From the NCBI GenBank assembly GCA_963725865.1, contig CAVSAC010000019.1, positions 32,001 through 96,000 of the forward strand: DNA of 64,000 bases. Reading direction: 5' to 3'. The position numbers and the translations under genes are program-made. Within the stretch, counting starts at the first letter, position 1. Each line of letters starts with the position of its first letter. Source of the DNA: Candidatus Eiseniibacteriota bacterium. GTDB lineage: Bacteria > Eisenbacteria > RBG-16-71-46. Below the pieces are notes generated by a model. It saw only the letters and a program-made list of their open reading frames with translations. It was not told where the DNA came from and did no database searches. This document shows, piece by piece, positions 40,522-51,064 of the stretch.

Positions 40522-42297
40522 CTACCGCAGCCGCACCGCCTTGCGGACGTCGTGCGTCGCGCCGGCGTCGAGTCGGATCCAGTAGGCGCCCGCCGGCACC
40601 CGCCGACCTTGTGCGTCGGCACCGTCCCACGACACGGTGTGGAGTCCGGCGCTCAGGCTCTGGTCCGCGAGCGTGCGCACCAGACGGCCCGCGAGGTCAC
40701 GCACCTCGAGCCGCGCCCGCCCCGCGCTCGCCAGCGCGAACCGCACCTGGGTGGCTCCCGCGGAGGGATTCGGCAGGCTCGCGAGCCGCGTGCCGATCGG
40801 CGTGTCCGGATCCCCGACCGCGGCCACGTCCAGCCGGCGCGTGAAGAACACGTCGAACAGCCCGCCCGGATTCCGCCGGTCCATCCACGTCATGCACGGG
40901 TCGTCGTCGCCGAGCAGCGCGATGCGCGGCAGCGCGTGCGAGACGTTGCTGCGGTCGGAGGTGAGCACCTGGTCGGCGCCGAACGAGGCGCCATCGTTCG
41001 TCGAGCGGTCCACGTAGCAGAACGTGGTGTCGGAGCGCCGGTCGAACCACGTCACGTGCACGTGGCCGAGCCGGTCGACGGCCAGCCGCGGCGGCCAGTC
41101 GAACGCGGCGTCGGCGTTCATCGCGACGTCGGTCACCCGCACCGCGGCGCCGAATGCCGTGCCGCCGGCGGGCGCGCGCGCGTAGCGGATGTCGTCGAGG
41201 AACGGCGCGGTGCTCGGATCGGCGTCGGCGCTCCAGTCGAGCCACGCGACGTGCAGGTTGCCGTGCCAGTCCGCGACCACGGTGGGCTGCTGCTGCACGC
41301 CCGTGGTATCGGAGTTCACGAGCACGTCGGAGTCGAACGAGCCTGCGCCGTCCGACGAGTGCGCGAGGCGGATGTCGCGGCTGGTGCCGCGCGCGTCCTC
41401 GAACGCGACCACCACGTCGCCGGTCGGCGCAACGGCGATCGAAGCGAACCCCTGCGCGACGTGGACGGAGTCCGGCAGGCCGTCCGCGCGCACCTTGGGT
41501 GCGAACGTCGCGCCGCCGTCGATCGAGCGCACCACCGAGACGTCGCTCGGGTCGCCGTCGGGCAGGTAGCGGTCGTAGTCGGTGAACGAGACGTACAGGT
41601 CGCCGTTGCGAGGGTCGGCCGCGAGGCAGGGCTGGAAGTGCCACGGATAGGTGCCCGAGCCGCCGCCGCTCGCCAGCACGTCGGTGCCCCACGTCGTGCC
41701 GCCATCGGTGGAGCGGTCGAAATAGCAGTCGATGCGCGCACCGAAGTCGAAGTCGCTGGTCCAGGCGCGGTAGTCGAACCACACGATGTCGATCGCGCCG
41801 TCGCGGTCGACCGCGATATCGGGCTGGTAGACCGAGAACGACGGCGGGTAGGCGACCGCGTCGTTGATGCGCACCGCGAGCGAAAACGTGAGCCCGCCGT
41901 CGGTGGAATGCGAGTACCAGACGGACTTCTGACTCTCGTCGCCGTTCCAGACCACGTGGATCACGCCGTCGGGCGAGACCGCGATGGCGGGCCCGGACTC
42001 GTCGACCAGGTCGCCGGGATCCACGTTCACCTGCACGTCGGGGAACGCGGAGTACGCGGCGTGCAGCGGGGACGCGAGCGCGCGGTCCCCCACGGCCGGT
42101 GCGCCGTCCGTCGCCATCCCGAGCCAGCGCGGCGGCGCGAACGGAGGAGCAACCGAAGCGGCCGCCGCGGTGGCGAGCAGGAGCGCGACGAGCGCGATCA
42201 TGAGGACGCAGGCATGCCGCGGAGGCGGGACGAAGTGGGTGAGATCGCGCTCGATGCCGGGATGGCGGGACGCGCGAACGGGAGGCTGGGTCGCCAT
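40522..42297 (-). CDS. Secreted BNR/Asp-box (sialidase-like) beta-propeller with FlgD/T9SS-like CTD
   Basis: Repeated S(T/I/S)DGGxTF/W Asp-boxes; PNP...DLAGRLVRTL...AGAYWIRL...KAVRLR. Confidence 0.8.
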   Translation of the reverse strand: MATQPPVRASRHPGIERDLTHFVPPPRHACVLMIALVALLLATAAAASVAPPFAPPRWLGMATDGAPAVGDRALASPLHAAYSAFPDVQVNVDPGDLVDESGPAIAVSPDGVIHVVWNGDESQKSVWYSHSTDGGLTFSLAVRINDAVAYPPSFSVYQPDIAVDRDGAIDIVWFDYRAWTSDFDFGARIDCYFDRSTDGGTTWGTDVLASGGGSGTYPWHFQPCLAADPRNGDLYVSFTDYDRYLPDGDPSDVSVVRSIDGGATFAPKVRADGLPDSVHVAQGFASIAVAPTGDVVVAFEDARGTSRDIRLAHSSDGAGSFDSDVLVNSDTTGVQQQPTVVADWHGNLHVAWLDWSADADPSTAPFLDDIRYARAPAGGTAFGAAVRVTDVAMNADAAFDWPPRLAVDRLGHVHVTWFDRRSDTTFCYVDRSTNDGASFGADQVLTSDRSNVSHALPRIALLGDDDPCMTWMDRRNPGGLFDVFFTRRLDVAAVGDPDTPIGTRLASLPNPSAGATQVRFALASAGRARLEVRDLAGRLVRTLADQSLSAGLHTVSWDGADAQGRRVPAGAYWIRLDAGATHDVRKAVRLR

Positions 42298-42798
42298 GAT
42301 GCTGTCTCCTCGGATGGGGCCGGATCCGGCGCGATCGTCCGATGAGGGGCGCGCGGAGTGGATGCGAGGGTCGATCCCCGTGGATGGGGCGGCCTGCTTC
42401 GCGGCGCGGGTGTCCTGCAATTAGGACGCCGCGAGGGTATCGTCACGCGGCCCGAGCGCGAGCCCGGATCCGCGTGCCCGCGGCCGCGTGCAATCGGCAC
42501 CGGAAGCGCGCCCGGGCGGGCGAGAGGCCCCGCCGAGCGCGGGACCGGTGGGCCGTACGCCCGGCGACCCGTGCGCCGTCGCGCACTCCGCGCTCGGCGT
42601 TCGCAACAGGCGAGCGCCCGCGCGCGGACGGCCGGTGCGACGCCCGCGCGCAGGCGCTGCTCCGTGCAATGGCAGCGATCGCACGTCGCACGATGCGGAC
42701 GCGCGCCGCAGTCGCGCGACCTCGCGCCGGCGTGCGCGGAGCACGCCTCGCGCCGGCGCGCGCGGCTCGCGCGTTGCGCCGGCGGGCGCGACCGCGCC

Positions 42799-43992
42799 TC
42801 AGTAGCTCAGGTGCATCTGCAGGTAGGCCTGCCGCTCGTCGGCGATCAGGTCGCTCTTCGGATCGATGTAGCGAAAGGTCCAGCGCAGCTCGGCGAACGG
42901 CACCGGCACGAGTTCGCCCTCGACGGCGTAGCGGTTCGAGGTCGCCAGCTCGCGGAACAGCTCGTCGCTGCTGCGGTCGGTCACCAGGTGGTCCATGCGC
43001 AGGCGCACGTTCACGAAGCGCACGGGCGCGTAGTCGGTCTCGAGGAACCACGCCAGCAGGTTGGTGCGCGTGTCGGTCGACGCGCGCTCGTCGGTGCCGG
43101 CGCCGACCTCGCCGATCAAGGCGAGGGGGCCGTGATGCGTGAGCCCGTAGTAGCCCCAGCGCGTCGAGCGGCCGGTCACGTCGCGGCCCAGCTTCTTCAC
43201 GTCGTCGTACAACGACACGCCGCCCTGGTACCACGGCGCGTTGAAGCCGAGCTTGAGCGTCTTGGCCTCGGAATACGGATCGCTGCCGAACACCTGCGCG
43301 GTCCCATTCGTGAACGCGGCGCGGCCGAACAGATGACCGCGCTCGGCGCCCAGCTCGATGCCCATGTCGACCTGGCGCGGGTCGTACGGAAGGAAGCGCC
43401 CGATGGAGGAGAAGTCACCGTAGCCGTTCCGCGTGGCGACGGTGTGATCGTCGAGGCGCAGGCCGAACGGCACGCGGAACCGGCCCGCCTTCAGATAGCC
43501 GTTGAGCGGGAAGCCGCTCACGAGGCCGAACGCGTCCTTGCTCACCACGCCCGCGCTCGCGTTCTGCCCGAACGCGTCGAAGGAGTACACCACCGCCAGC
43601 CGTGGGTGCGGCTGGAATGCGAGGTGGATCGCGTTCTCCATGTTGAAGAACCCGAGCCGCTCGATGTGCTCGACGTCGGTGTGCCCGTTGGTGAGCAGCA
43701 TGAAGCGCTGGTTGAGCCCGACGTAGAGCGGGAACGTGTCGCTCACGCGGTTGGTGAGCGTCAGGTCGGTCCACGGCCCCTTCGCCTCGGGCTCGATCGC
43801 GTGACGATGGGCCGCGAACGCGTGGCCGAACTCGTTGCGCGGTCCGCCCCCGTTCGGATCGAAGTGGCAGGTCCCGCACATGAGGCCGGTGCGGGCGGCG
43901 TACTGCGGCACGGCGCGCGAGGGTCGCACGGACAGCGCGGCGACGAGCACGAGGGCGGCGAGGAAGACGAGCGCGCGCGAGGCGTGAAGCAC
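42799..43992 (-). CDS. Putative outer-membrane beta-barrel with N-terminal CXXCH heme motif
   Basis: SD GGAGG, signal peptide, PQYAARTGLMCGTCH, KAGRFRVPFG, amphipathic strands, terminal QMHLSY. Confidence 0.7.
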   Translation of the reverse strand: MLHASRALVFLAALVLVAALSVRPSRAVPQYAARTGLMCGTCHFDPNGGGPRNEFGHAFAAHRHAIEPEAKGPWTDLTLTNRVSDTFPLYVGLNQRFMLLTNGHTDVEHIERLGFFNMENAIHLAFQPHPRLAVVYSFDAFGQNASAGVVSKDAFGLVSGFPLNGYLKAGRFRVPFGLRLDDHTVATRNGYGDFSSIGRFLPYDPRQVDMGIELGAERGHLFGRAAFTNGTAQVFGSDPYSEAKTLKLGFNAPWYQGGVSLYDDVKKLGRDVTGRSTRWGYYGLTHHGPLALIGEVGAGTDERASTDTRTNLLAWFLETDYAPVRFVNVRLRMDHLVTDRSSDELFRELATSNRYAVEGELVPVPFAELRWTFRYIDPKSDLIADERQAYLQMHLSY

Positions 43993-44051
43993 GTAGACCT
44001 CCGAGGAAGATGGGACTCCGAGTCCGCGGTGCGACGCGGCCGCGGGGACGA

Positions 44052-45695
44052 TCAACGGCGGCGCGGGCGGGAGCGTCGCGCGCGGGTCCCGCGCGGGGCG
44101 CCCCAGCCGCCACCGCCGGGACTCTCGACATGGAGCACCGCACCGGCCGGCAGATCCAGCAGGAATTTGCCCGGCAGCGTCCGGGCCCCACGTCCTGTCG
44201 CGTCCAGCTGAACACGATTGACTCCCGGCTTGCCCGGCGCGCCTCCGGCGAGGCCGTACGGGCCGCGCACCCGGCGCTCGCTCATCACCGTCACCCGCGC
44301 GGGTGCCCGCAGCTCGAGCACCCGCACGATGCCGTCGCCGCCGCGGTAGCGCCCGCGCCCGCCGCTGCCGCGGCGGACCGCGAGCCGGCGCACGCGCAGC
44401 GGGTAGGCGTGCTCGAGCGCCTCGATCGGGGTGTTGCGCGTGTTGGTCATGTGGACCTGCATCGCGCTGGCGCCGTTCCACCCCGGCCCGGCCCCGTGCC
44501 CGCCACCGAGGGTCTCGTAATACGCGAACGCGCGGCCGCTGCGCGGATCGACGCCGCCGATCAGCACGTTGTTCATGGTGCCGGCGCTGGCGGCCGGCAC
44601 GCGAGTGGGCAGCGCACGGGCGAAGGCGCCCAGCACCGCGTCCACGATGCGCTGCGAGGTCTCGACGTTGCCGGCGCTCACCGCCGCCGGCGGACGCGCG
44701 TTCACCACCGTGCCGGCCGGGGCGCGCACCACGATCGGGCGGAACGTGCCCTCGTTGACCGGCGCATCCCCACCCAGCACCAGTCGCACCGCGTAGTACG
44801 CCGCCGCCCGCGTCACCGCCTCGACCGCATTGACCGGCGCCGCGCGCTGGAGGTCGCTGCCGGCGAAGTCGAGGCGCGCGCGACCGCCGCCGAGCGTGAG
44901 CGTGACGGCGATGCGCACCGGCCCGCCGCCGAGACCGTCGTCCTCGAGCGCGTCGGTGAAGCGCCAGCGCCCGCGCGGCAGGCCGGCGAGCGCGGCGCGG
45001 GTGGCGCGCTCCGCGTGATCCAGCAGCGCCGCCGCCGCCGCGTGGAGCGTGTCGCGACCGCTGCGGCGCGCGAGGTCCGCGAGCCGGCGGCCGCCGGTCA
45101 CCTGCGCGCCGAGCTGGGCCGCCAGGTCCGCGCGCCGCTCCTCGGGCGTGCGCACGTTGGCGAGCACCAGCCGCAGCACGTCGGCGTCCACGCGCCCCTC
45201 GCGCACCAGCCGCACCGGCGGGATCCGCAGCCCTTCCTCGAACACCTCGCGCGCGAGCGGCATCGAGCCCGGGGCACTCCCGCCGACGTCCGCGTGATGG
45301 GCCCGGCTCGCAACGTAGAAGTCCGGCACCGCCGGCGGTACCGTCGCGGCGCGCGCGCCGAGGAAGACCGGTGAGACGAGCGTGAGGTCCGGCAGGTGGG
45401 TGCCGCCCGCGAACGGATCGTTCAGCAGCACCACGTCGCCGCGCTGCATCCGTCGCGCGCGCATCGCCGCGCGCACGGCGGCGCCCATGCTGCCGAGGTG
45501 CACCGGGATGTGCGCGGCCTGGGCCACCAGCCGGCCGCGGCCGTCGAACACCGCGCACGAGTAATCGAGGCGCTCCTTGATGTTGGGCGAGTGCGCGGTC
45601 CGCATGAGCGTGGTGCCCATCTCCTCGGCGCACGCCGTGAACAGCCCGCGCACCACTGCCAGCGTGACCGGATCGAGCGCTCGCCGCGGGCTCAT
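44052..45695 (-). CDS. Hydantoinase B / 5-oxoprolinase subunit
   Basis: [47 protein letters not shown]. Confidence 0.93.
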   Translation of the reverse strand: MSPRRALDPVTLAVVRGLFTACAEEMGTTLMRTAHSPNIKERLDYSCAVFDGRGRLVAQAAHIPVHLGSMGAAVRAAMRARRMQRGDVVLLNDPFAGGTHLPDLTLVSPVFLGARAATVPPAVPDFYVASRAHHADVGGSAPGSMPLAREVFEEGLRIPPVRLVREGRVDADVLRLVLANVRTPEERRADLAAQLGAQVTGGRRLADLARRSGRDTLHAAAAALLDHAERATRAALAGLPRGRWRFTDALEDDGLGGGPVRIAVTLTLGGGRARLDFAGSDLQRAAPVNAVEAVTRAAAYYAVRLVLGGDAPVNEGTFRPIVVRAPAGTVVNARPPAAVSAGNVETSQRIVDAVLGAFARALPTRVPAASAGTMNNVLIGGVDPRSGRAFAYYETLGGGHGAGPGWNGASAMQVHMTNTRNTPIEALEHAYPLRVRRLAVRRGSGGRGRYRGGDGIVRVLELRAPARVTVMSERRVRGPYGLAGGAPGKPGVNRVQLDATGRGARTLPGKFLLDLPAGAVLHVESPGGGGWGAPRGTRARRSRPRRR

Positions 45696-47734
45696 CGCCG
45701 CCCCCGCGTGAGCACCAGTGCGCCCCGCGCGTGCGCGCGTGCGCTCCAGCCCGGCGGCACCCACAGCGTGGCGCCCGCGCCGGCGACCAGCGCCGGCCCC
45801 GGCACGCGCGCCCCGGTCGCCAGCGCCGCGCGCGGCCACACCCGGCACGCGCGGGCGCGGCCCTCGTGCCAGACGGAGACCATGCGCGCGACCGTCCGCG
45901 CGGCGCGCGGCGCGGCGGCCCGCGGCAGCGCCGGCGCCGGCGCCTCGCCTCGCACCTCGGCGGTCACGATCTCCACCACCGCCTCGCGCGTGGCGAAACC
46001 GAAGCGGCGCGCGTGCTCGCGGTGGAAGCGCGCGACCAGGCCCGGCCCGGCCGCCAGCGTCAGCTCGTGCGACTGGCCGCGGTAGCGCGCCTCGACCAGC
46101 CGGCGCAGGCGCGCGCGCGGTCGATCGGCGGGCTCGAAGTCCGCGCGCACCGCGACCTCGAGCGCGCGGAACGCGCGTTCGAGCGCCGCCTCCGCGTCCG
46201 CCGGCAGCATCACCGTGCGCGCGCGCTCGCGGCGCGGCGGGGCCGCGAGCGCGCCGAGCGCCGAGAGCACCCCGGCGTGGCGCGGGAACACCACGCTCGC
46301 GCATCCGAGCGCCTGCGCGAGCGCGCACGCGTGCAGCCCGCCGGCGCCGCCGAACGCCACCAGCGCGGTCCCGCGCGGATCGTGCCCCGCCTCGACCGAG
46401 ACCCGCCTCAGCGCCGCCTCCATGTGCGCCTCGGCGAGCGCAACCACGCCGGCCGCCGCAGCGCGCGCGTCGCGCAGGCCGAGCGCGTGCGCGAGCGTCC
46501 CGAGTGCCCGCTCGGCCGCGACGGGATCGAGCGGCAGCGCGCCGTCGCCGAGGGTGGCGAACGGCAGGCGGCCGAGCACCACCATCGAGTCGGTCACCGT
46601 GGCGGGCCCGCCGCGCCCATAGCACGCCGGCCCCGGGTGGGCGCCCGCGCTGCCCGGGCCGACCTGCAGCAGGCCGTCCGCGCCGCGCGCGATCGAGCCG
46701 CCGCCCGCGCCGACCGTGTGCACGTCGAGCGTGGGTAGCAGGATCGGTACCCCCGCCACCTCGCGCGCGCGGCGGCGCGGGAGCTCGCCCTCGACGTACG
46801 CCACGTCGGTCGAGGTGCCGCCGACGTCGAGCGTGAGCGCACGGCTCGCGCCGCACGCGCGGGCCTCCGCCCACGCCGCCTCGAGCCCCGCGGCGGGGCC
46901 CGATAGCAGTTGGCGCACCGGCTCGCGGGCGGCGCGCGCGGGCGGCGCGGTGCCGCCGTGCGACAGCACGATCTCGACGCGGGCGCGGGTGCCGCGGGCG
47001 AGCGCGGTGACGTAACGCGCCACGCGCGGCATCAGCGCCGCGTTCGCCACCGTGGTGGCGAAGCGCTCGTACTCGCGGAACTCGGGACACAGCGCCGCCG
47101 ACGCGCTCACCGGCCGCCCGAGGCGCGCGAGGTCGCGCGCCAGCATCCGCTCGTGGCGCGGGTCGGCGTAGGCGTGGAGCAGCCCGATCGCGATCGCCTC
47201 CGGCCGCGTGCGCGCGACCGCGCGCCGCACGCGCGCGCGCTCGGCGCGGGTGAGCGCCTGCTCGAGCCGGCCGTCGGGGCCGCGTCGCTCACGCACCCCG
47301 ATGCGGCGCGCGGCCGGCACCAGCGGCTCCGGTCGCCGCGGCGCGAGGTCGTAGAGGCGCGGGCGGTCCTGGCGCGCGATCTCGAGCACGTCCTCGAAGC
47401 CCGCGGTGGTCACCAGCGTCACGCGCGCCACGCGGCGCTCGAGCAGCGCGTTGGTCGCGACCGTCGAGCCATGCCGCACGCGCGTGGCGGCCCCGGCCGC
47501 GAGCCGCGCGAGGCCATCGAGCACCGCGCGCTCCGGCGCCGCCGGGCTCGACGGCAGCTTGAACGCCACCAGACCGCGCCCGGTTCGCGCGACGAAGTCG
47601 GTGAACGTGCCGCCGGTGTCCACCCCCACGGCGGCCGGCGACCGGCGCCGCTGGTCCCCGCGGGCGGTCGCGGAACCGGCGCGCCCGCGCCCGCCCGTTC
47701 GGCGGCCCGCGCGCGCCCGGCGGCGGGGGCTCAT
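45692..47734 (-). CDS. Hydantoinase A / 5-oxoprolinase ATP-binding subunit
   Basis: DTGGTFTD, HGSTVATNALLE, SGPAAG, DVGGTSTD, GAGGGS, PGPACYG. Confidence 0.93.
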   Translation of the reverse strand: MSPRRRARAGRRTGGRGRAGSATARGDQRRRSPAAVGVDTGGTFTDFVARTGRGLVAFKLPSSPAAPERAVLDGLARLAAGAATRVRHGSTVATNALLERRVARVTLVTTAGFEDVLEIARQDRPRLYDLAPRRPEPLVPAARRIGVRERRGPDGRLEQALTRAERARVRRAVARTRPEAIAIGLLHAYADPRHERMLARDLARLGRPVSASAALCPEFREYERFATTVANAALMPRVARYVTALARGTRARVEIVLSHGGTAPPARAAREPVRQLLSGPAAGLEAAWAEARACGASRALTLDVGGTSTDVAYVEGELPRRRAREVAGVPILLPTLDVHTVGAGGGSIARGADGLLQVGPGSAGAHPGPACYGRGGPATVTDSMVVLGRLPFATLGDGALPLDPVAAERALGTLAHALGLRDARAAAAGVVALAEAHMEAALRRVSVEAGHDPRGTALVAFGGAGGLHACALAQALGCASVVFPRHAGVLSALGALAAPPRRERARTVMLPADAEAALERAFRALEVAVRADFEPADRPRARLRRLVEARYRGQSHELTLAAGPGLVARFHREHARRFGFATREAVVEIVTAEVRGEAPAPALPRAAAPRAARTVARMVSVWHEGRARACRVWPRAALATGARVPGPALVAGAGATLWVPPGWSARAHARGALVLTRGRR

Positions 47735-48288
47735 GCGGTCCGCCGGCCGCGCTTGCGCAGCGCGTCCACCAGCGCCGCCACCGCGAACACCCCGAGGCCG
47801 GCCACGATCACCCAGCCCGGAATGCGCAGCTTCTGTCCGGCGAGCGCGAGCGCGAAGTAGTACGGCAGCGCGCCGAGGAACACCGCCACTCCGTAGCGCG
47901 GCACCGGGTACTCGACGATCGCGGCCACCAGCTTGATCGGGGCGTCGGGCAGCGGGAGCGCGCGCGCGAGCAGGATGGCCATGAACGAGGCCGAGGGATA
48001 CTGGCGGAGCGCCGCCTCGAGCTTGTCGCGCGAAGGCGTCCAGCGCTTCATCCACGGGTGGCCGGCCGCCAGCACCCAGCGCAGCACCGCGAACTGAGCT
48101 GCGCTGCCCGCGGCGCTCGCCAGCCCGCCGAACAGCGCCACCTTCCACGGCTCGTGGAGCCTGCCCGCGAGGTAGACGATCGGGGTGGTCAGGAACGAGA
48201 ACGTGGCCCCGTCCGCGAACAGCAGCGCGCACACCGCCCACAGGTGCTGCAGCAGCCCCTGGATGTTCCGCAGCAGATCGTCGAGCAC
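47731..48288 (-). CDS. VTT/DedA-like membrane protein
   Basis: Hydrophobic, LARALPLPD motif; start approximate. Confidence 0.65.
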   Translation of the reverse strand: MLDDLLRNIQGLLQHLWAVCALLFADGATFSFLTTPIVYLAGRLHEPWKVALFGGLASAAGSAAQFAVLRWVLAAGHPWMKRWTPSRDKLEAALRQYPSASFMAILLARALPLPDAPIKLVAAIVEYPVPRYGVAVFLGALPYYFALALAGQKLRIPGWVIVAGLGVFAVAALVDALRKRGRRTA

Positions 48289-48372
48289 GCTCGGCCCTCG
48301 GGTCCATGGCGCGGAACGGCGAAGCGCCGGGCGCACCTTACGGTGCCCCGGCGCTCGGTTACAACCGCACGC

Positions 48373-49803
48373 TCACTGGACGGGTGGCGACTCGCCGGGC
48401 GGCGGCATGAACGAGTCCGGCGGTGACGCCGGGGGCGGGGGCGCGGACGCCGGCGGCTCCATCGCCAGCGGGGACGCGGCCGGAGGCGGCGCGCTCGCCG
48501 CGCCCGTCGCGGCGGACATCGTGCCGTTCTGGCGCCCGGTCCACCACCGGCGCAGCGGACCGTGCGCGAACTCGTGCCGCACCAGCGCACCGGCACCGAG
48601 CGTGCTCACGACGCCGATCGCGATCCAGGTCAGCACCTTGATGAGCGTGCCGAGTCCTTCGAGCAGGCCGAAGCTCGGGATCTGCTTGAGCAGCGTGCCG
48701 ACGAACAGCGCCAGCCCCAAGGCGAGCGCGCCAGTGGCCGCCGCGGTCGCGATCGGCGGCGCGGTTCTGCCCCGTGCGAGGGCGACGCGCTGCCCGATCG
48801 CGGCGCAGCCGACCGCGAAGCCCCAGATCCACATCAGCGCGACCGCCGCGGGGTAGGCGATCCATGCCACGAGGGCGACCGGGATGCCGATCAGCGTGAT
48901 GCAGAGGATCGCCCCCAGCAGCAGCACGGCGATGTAGCCGGGCGCCCAGACCAGCGCGACCAGCAGGCCGACCAGAAACGACTGCCCCGCCTCCTCGCGG
49001 AACCGCGCAAGTGCGGCGCCACTGCGGCCGGGTGCGAGGCTGAAGAACGCCCACGCCAGCGCGGTGGTGATCAGCATCCACAGCAGCGCGCCGAACAACC
49101 GGAGCACCGGGCGCGCGACGTGAGCGCCGGCGGACTCGTCGCCGTCTCGCAGGTGCACCATCCGGCGCTCCCACCGCTTGTCGCGCGGCCCCAGCGCGGT
49201 CACCCGCTGGCCGCCCACCTGGGCACCCGGCTGCTCGTGGAGCTGGCCGCCCATGCAGAACACGTCGCCGTCCACCCGCGCGCCGCTGTTCAGATAGACG
49301 TCGCCCCCCATCGCCTGCACGTCGCCCTCGACGTGCCCGTCGACCACGATGTCGCCGCCCATCGCGACCACGTCGCCGGTCACGGTCTGGTCGCTCTCGA
49401 TGTGGATGTCCTGCCCGATCCGCATCATGTCGCCCGAGCGTCCAGCGATCTCGATCGACGGCTCCTTGGCGGTCGGCGGCGACGGCGGAGCCGGGATCGC
49501 GGGAACGCCCGGGGTCTCGGGCACCGACGGAACCGGGGGCACCGACGTGCCGCCCACCTTGATGCGGGTGCGCCGGGTGGTGCCGCGCTCGAGCGCCCGG
49601 GCGCTCTCGGGCGGCACCGACTTGAATTCGAGCACCTCGCCCGCGAGCGCCTGGCCGACCGCGGTGCGTGCGACCCGCGCGAGGGTCCGGCTCACGACGT
49701 TACCGGCGACCGGCGTCCCGATCCGCTGCCACACCCACGCGCCACCCGAGGCGAGCGCGCACATCGTGAGCGCGGCGAAGCCCAGCAGTGCGAGTCGTCT
49801 CAT
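48373..49803 (-). CDS. Membrane protein with bactofilin-like beta-helix repeats and C-terminal TM bundle
   Basis: Repeats GDVVAMGG / GDVQAMGG / GDVFCMGG; ITLIGIP; stop/start overlap with the upstream gene. Confidence 0.75.
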   Translation of the reverse strand: MRRLALLGFAALTMCALASGGAWVWQRIGTPVAGNVVSRTLARVARTAVGQALAGEVLEFKSVPPESARALERGTTRRTRIKVGGTSVPPVPSVPETPGVPAIPAPPSPPTAKEPSIEIAGRSGDMMRIGQDIHIESDQTVTGDVVAMGGDIVVDGHVEGDVQAMGGDVYLNSGARVDGDVFCMGGQLHEQPGAQVGGQRVTALGPRDKRWERRMVHLRDGDESAGAHVARPVLRLFGALLWMLITTALAWAFFSLAPGRSGAALARFREEAGQSFLVGLLVALVWAPGYIAVLLLGAILCITLIGIPVALVAWIAYPAAVALMWIWGFAVGCAAIGQRVALARGRTAPPIATAAATGALALGLALFVGTLLKQIPSFGLLEGLGTLIKVLTWIAIGVVSTLGAGALVRHEFAHGPLRRWWTGRQNGTMSAATGAASAPPPAASPLAMEPPASAPPPPASPPDSFMPPPGESPPVQ

Positions 49804-50867
49804 GATCCACTCCCTGCGCTCGTGACGTGAAGATCCCCCGACGAGCTCTTGAGGCTGAGGCGGGCCGTTCCGCGCCCGAGGGTGCCGCGCAGCAGGCGGC
49901 GGGTGACGGTCCGAACCTCGAACGGAAGCGACACGTCCAGCGCGCCGCTCGAAGTCTGCATGTCGACCGTGGCGTCGTAGCGCGGCGGAACCGCCATCGT
50001 CACGTCGCCACTCACGCTCGTGAGGTCCGCGCGGACGAGGCCCGCCGCGGCCTGCAGGTCGAGGTCGCCACTGGAGGTGCTGACGGTCAGCGCGCCGGCC
50101 ACCTCCCGTGCGGCGACGTCGCCGCTGGTGGTGCCGATGCTCAGGAAGCGGGGAGAGCCCTCGACCTCCACGTCGCCGCTGACCGAGTCGAGGTGGAGCG
50201 AGTCCGCCGCGCCCTGGATCGTGATCTGGCCGCTGGTCGTGGCGACCTCCAGCGTGTGGAGCACGCCCTTCACCGAGACGTCCCCGCTGACGCTGCGCAG
50301 CCGGCCGCGCACGAGTCCGCTGGCCTCGATGTCCCCGCTGGTGGCGCTGGCCGAGACCGGTCCGGTCGCGCCTTCGATGCGGATGTCGCCGCTCGTGGTG
50401 GCGAGCTGCTGGCCACCGGCCATGTTCGCGGTGCGCAGGTTGCCGCTCGCCGAGCGCATCTCGACCGCGACCCCCTCCGGAACCTCGATCGAGAGCTGGA
50501 CATCGACGCGCGGCGTCTCGAATCCGGCGAACAGCTCGAAGAACGAGATCCGCATCGCCGACCCCTGTGGATAGTGCACCTGGACGACGAACTGGTCTCC
50601 GTTCCGGGTGGTCTCGACCGTGGTCTCGCGCGCCAGCCGTTCCTGCTGTGCGTGCGGGGCGCGGATGCGCTTGAGAGCCCACAGGTGGACCTGGTTGTCG
50701 CCGGAGCGCTTGACCTCGGCGAAGCCGCGCGGGTTCTCGACCCGCAGCCGCCGCACCCCCGTGGCGTCGAACAGGCGCTCGCTCTTCTGGGTCAGCTCCG
50801 CGCGGTCCGCGGCCGCCGGCGTGGCGACCAGGACCAGCAGCAGGGCGGCAAGGACGGCTCGTTTCAT
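49800..50867 (-). CDS. DUF4097 (YvlB-like) beta-strand repeat protein
   Basis: Signal peptide, many (T/S/V)SGD(I/V) repeats. Confidence 0.85.
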   Translation of the reverse strand: MKRAVLAALLLVLVATPAAADRAELTQKSERLFDATGVRRLRVENPRGFAEVKRSGDNQVHLWALKRIRAPHAQQERLARETTVETTRNGDQFVVQVHYPQGSAMRISFFELFAGFETPRVDVQLSIEVPEGVAVEMRSASGNLRTANMAGGQQLATTSGDIRIEGATGPVSASATSGDIEASGLVRGRLRSVSGDVSVKGVLHTLEVATTSGQITIQGAADSLHLDSVSGDVEVEGSPRFLSIGTTSGDVAAREVAGALTVSTSSGDLDLQAAAGLVRADLTSVSGDVTMAVPPRYDATVDMQTSSGALDVSLPFEVRTVTRRLLRGTLGRGTARLSLKSSSGDLHVTSAGSGS

Positions 50868-50896
50868 CTCAGGACCCTCCATCGTTCGCACCTGTC

Positions 50897-50922
50897 TACG
50901 GCGAAGGATGGGACCAGGTTGC
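50897..50922 (-). promoter_or_regulatory. Putative ECF sigma promoter GCAAC-N17-CGTA
   Basis: About 30 nt upstream of the DUF4097 start; recurrent motif. Confidence 0.55.
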
Positions 50923-51000
50923 GGGAATCCGGGGGCCCTGGGATCCCGCGGTCGGGCAGTGGGTGCCCCGACCCGACGGCTCGCGGATCCGGAAGCTCGA

Positions 51001-51028
51001 AGGGGAGCCTCCTTGCGGAGCCTCCCCT
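51001..51028 (-). terminator. Hairpin downstream of the small lipoprotein gene
   Basis: AGGGGAG-C-CTCC-TTGC-GGAG-C-CTCCCCT (GCAA loop on minus); weak U tract. Confidence 0.5.
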
Positions 51029-51064
51029 CGGCTTGATGCTCTATTGCCGGCGGCGACCAGGGCC

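Noticed and set aside
42300..42800. Hidden gene or RNA in the intergenic gap
   Set aside because: Only low-complexity GC-rich ORFs and generic stems; nothing supportable.
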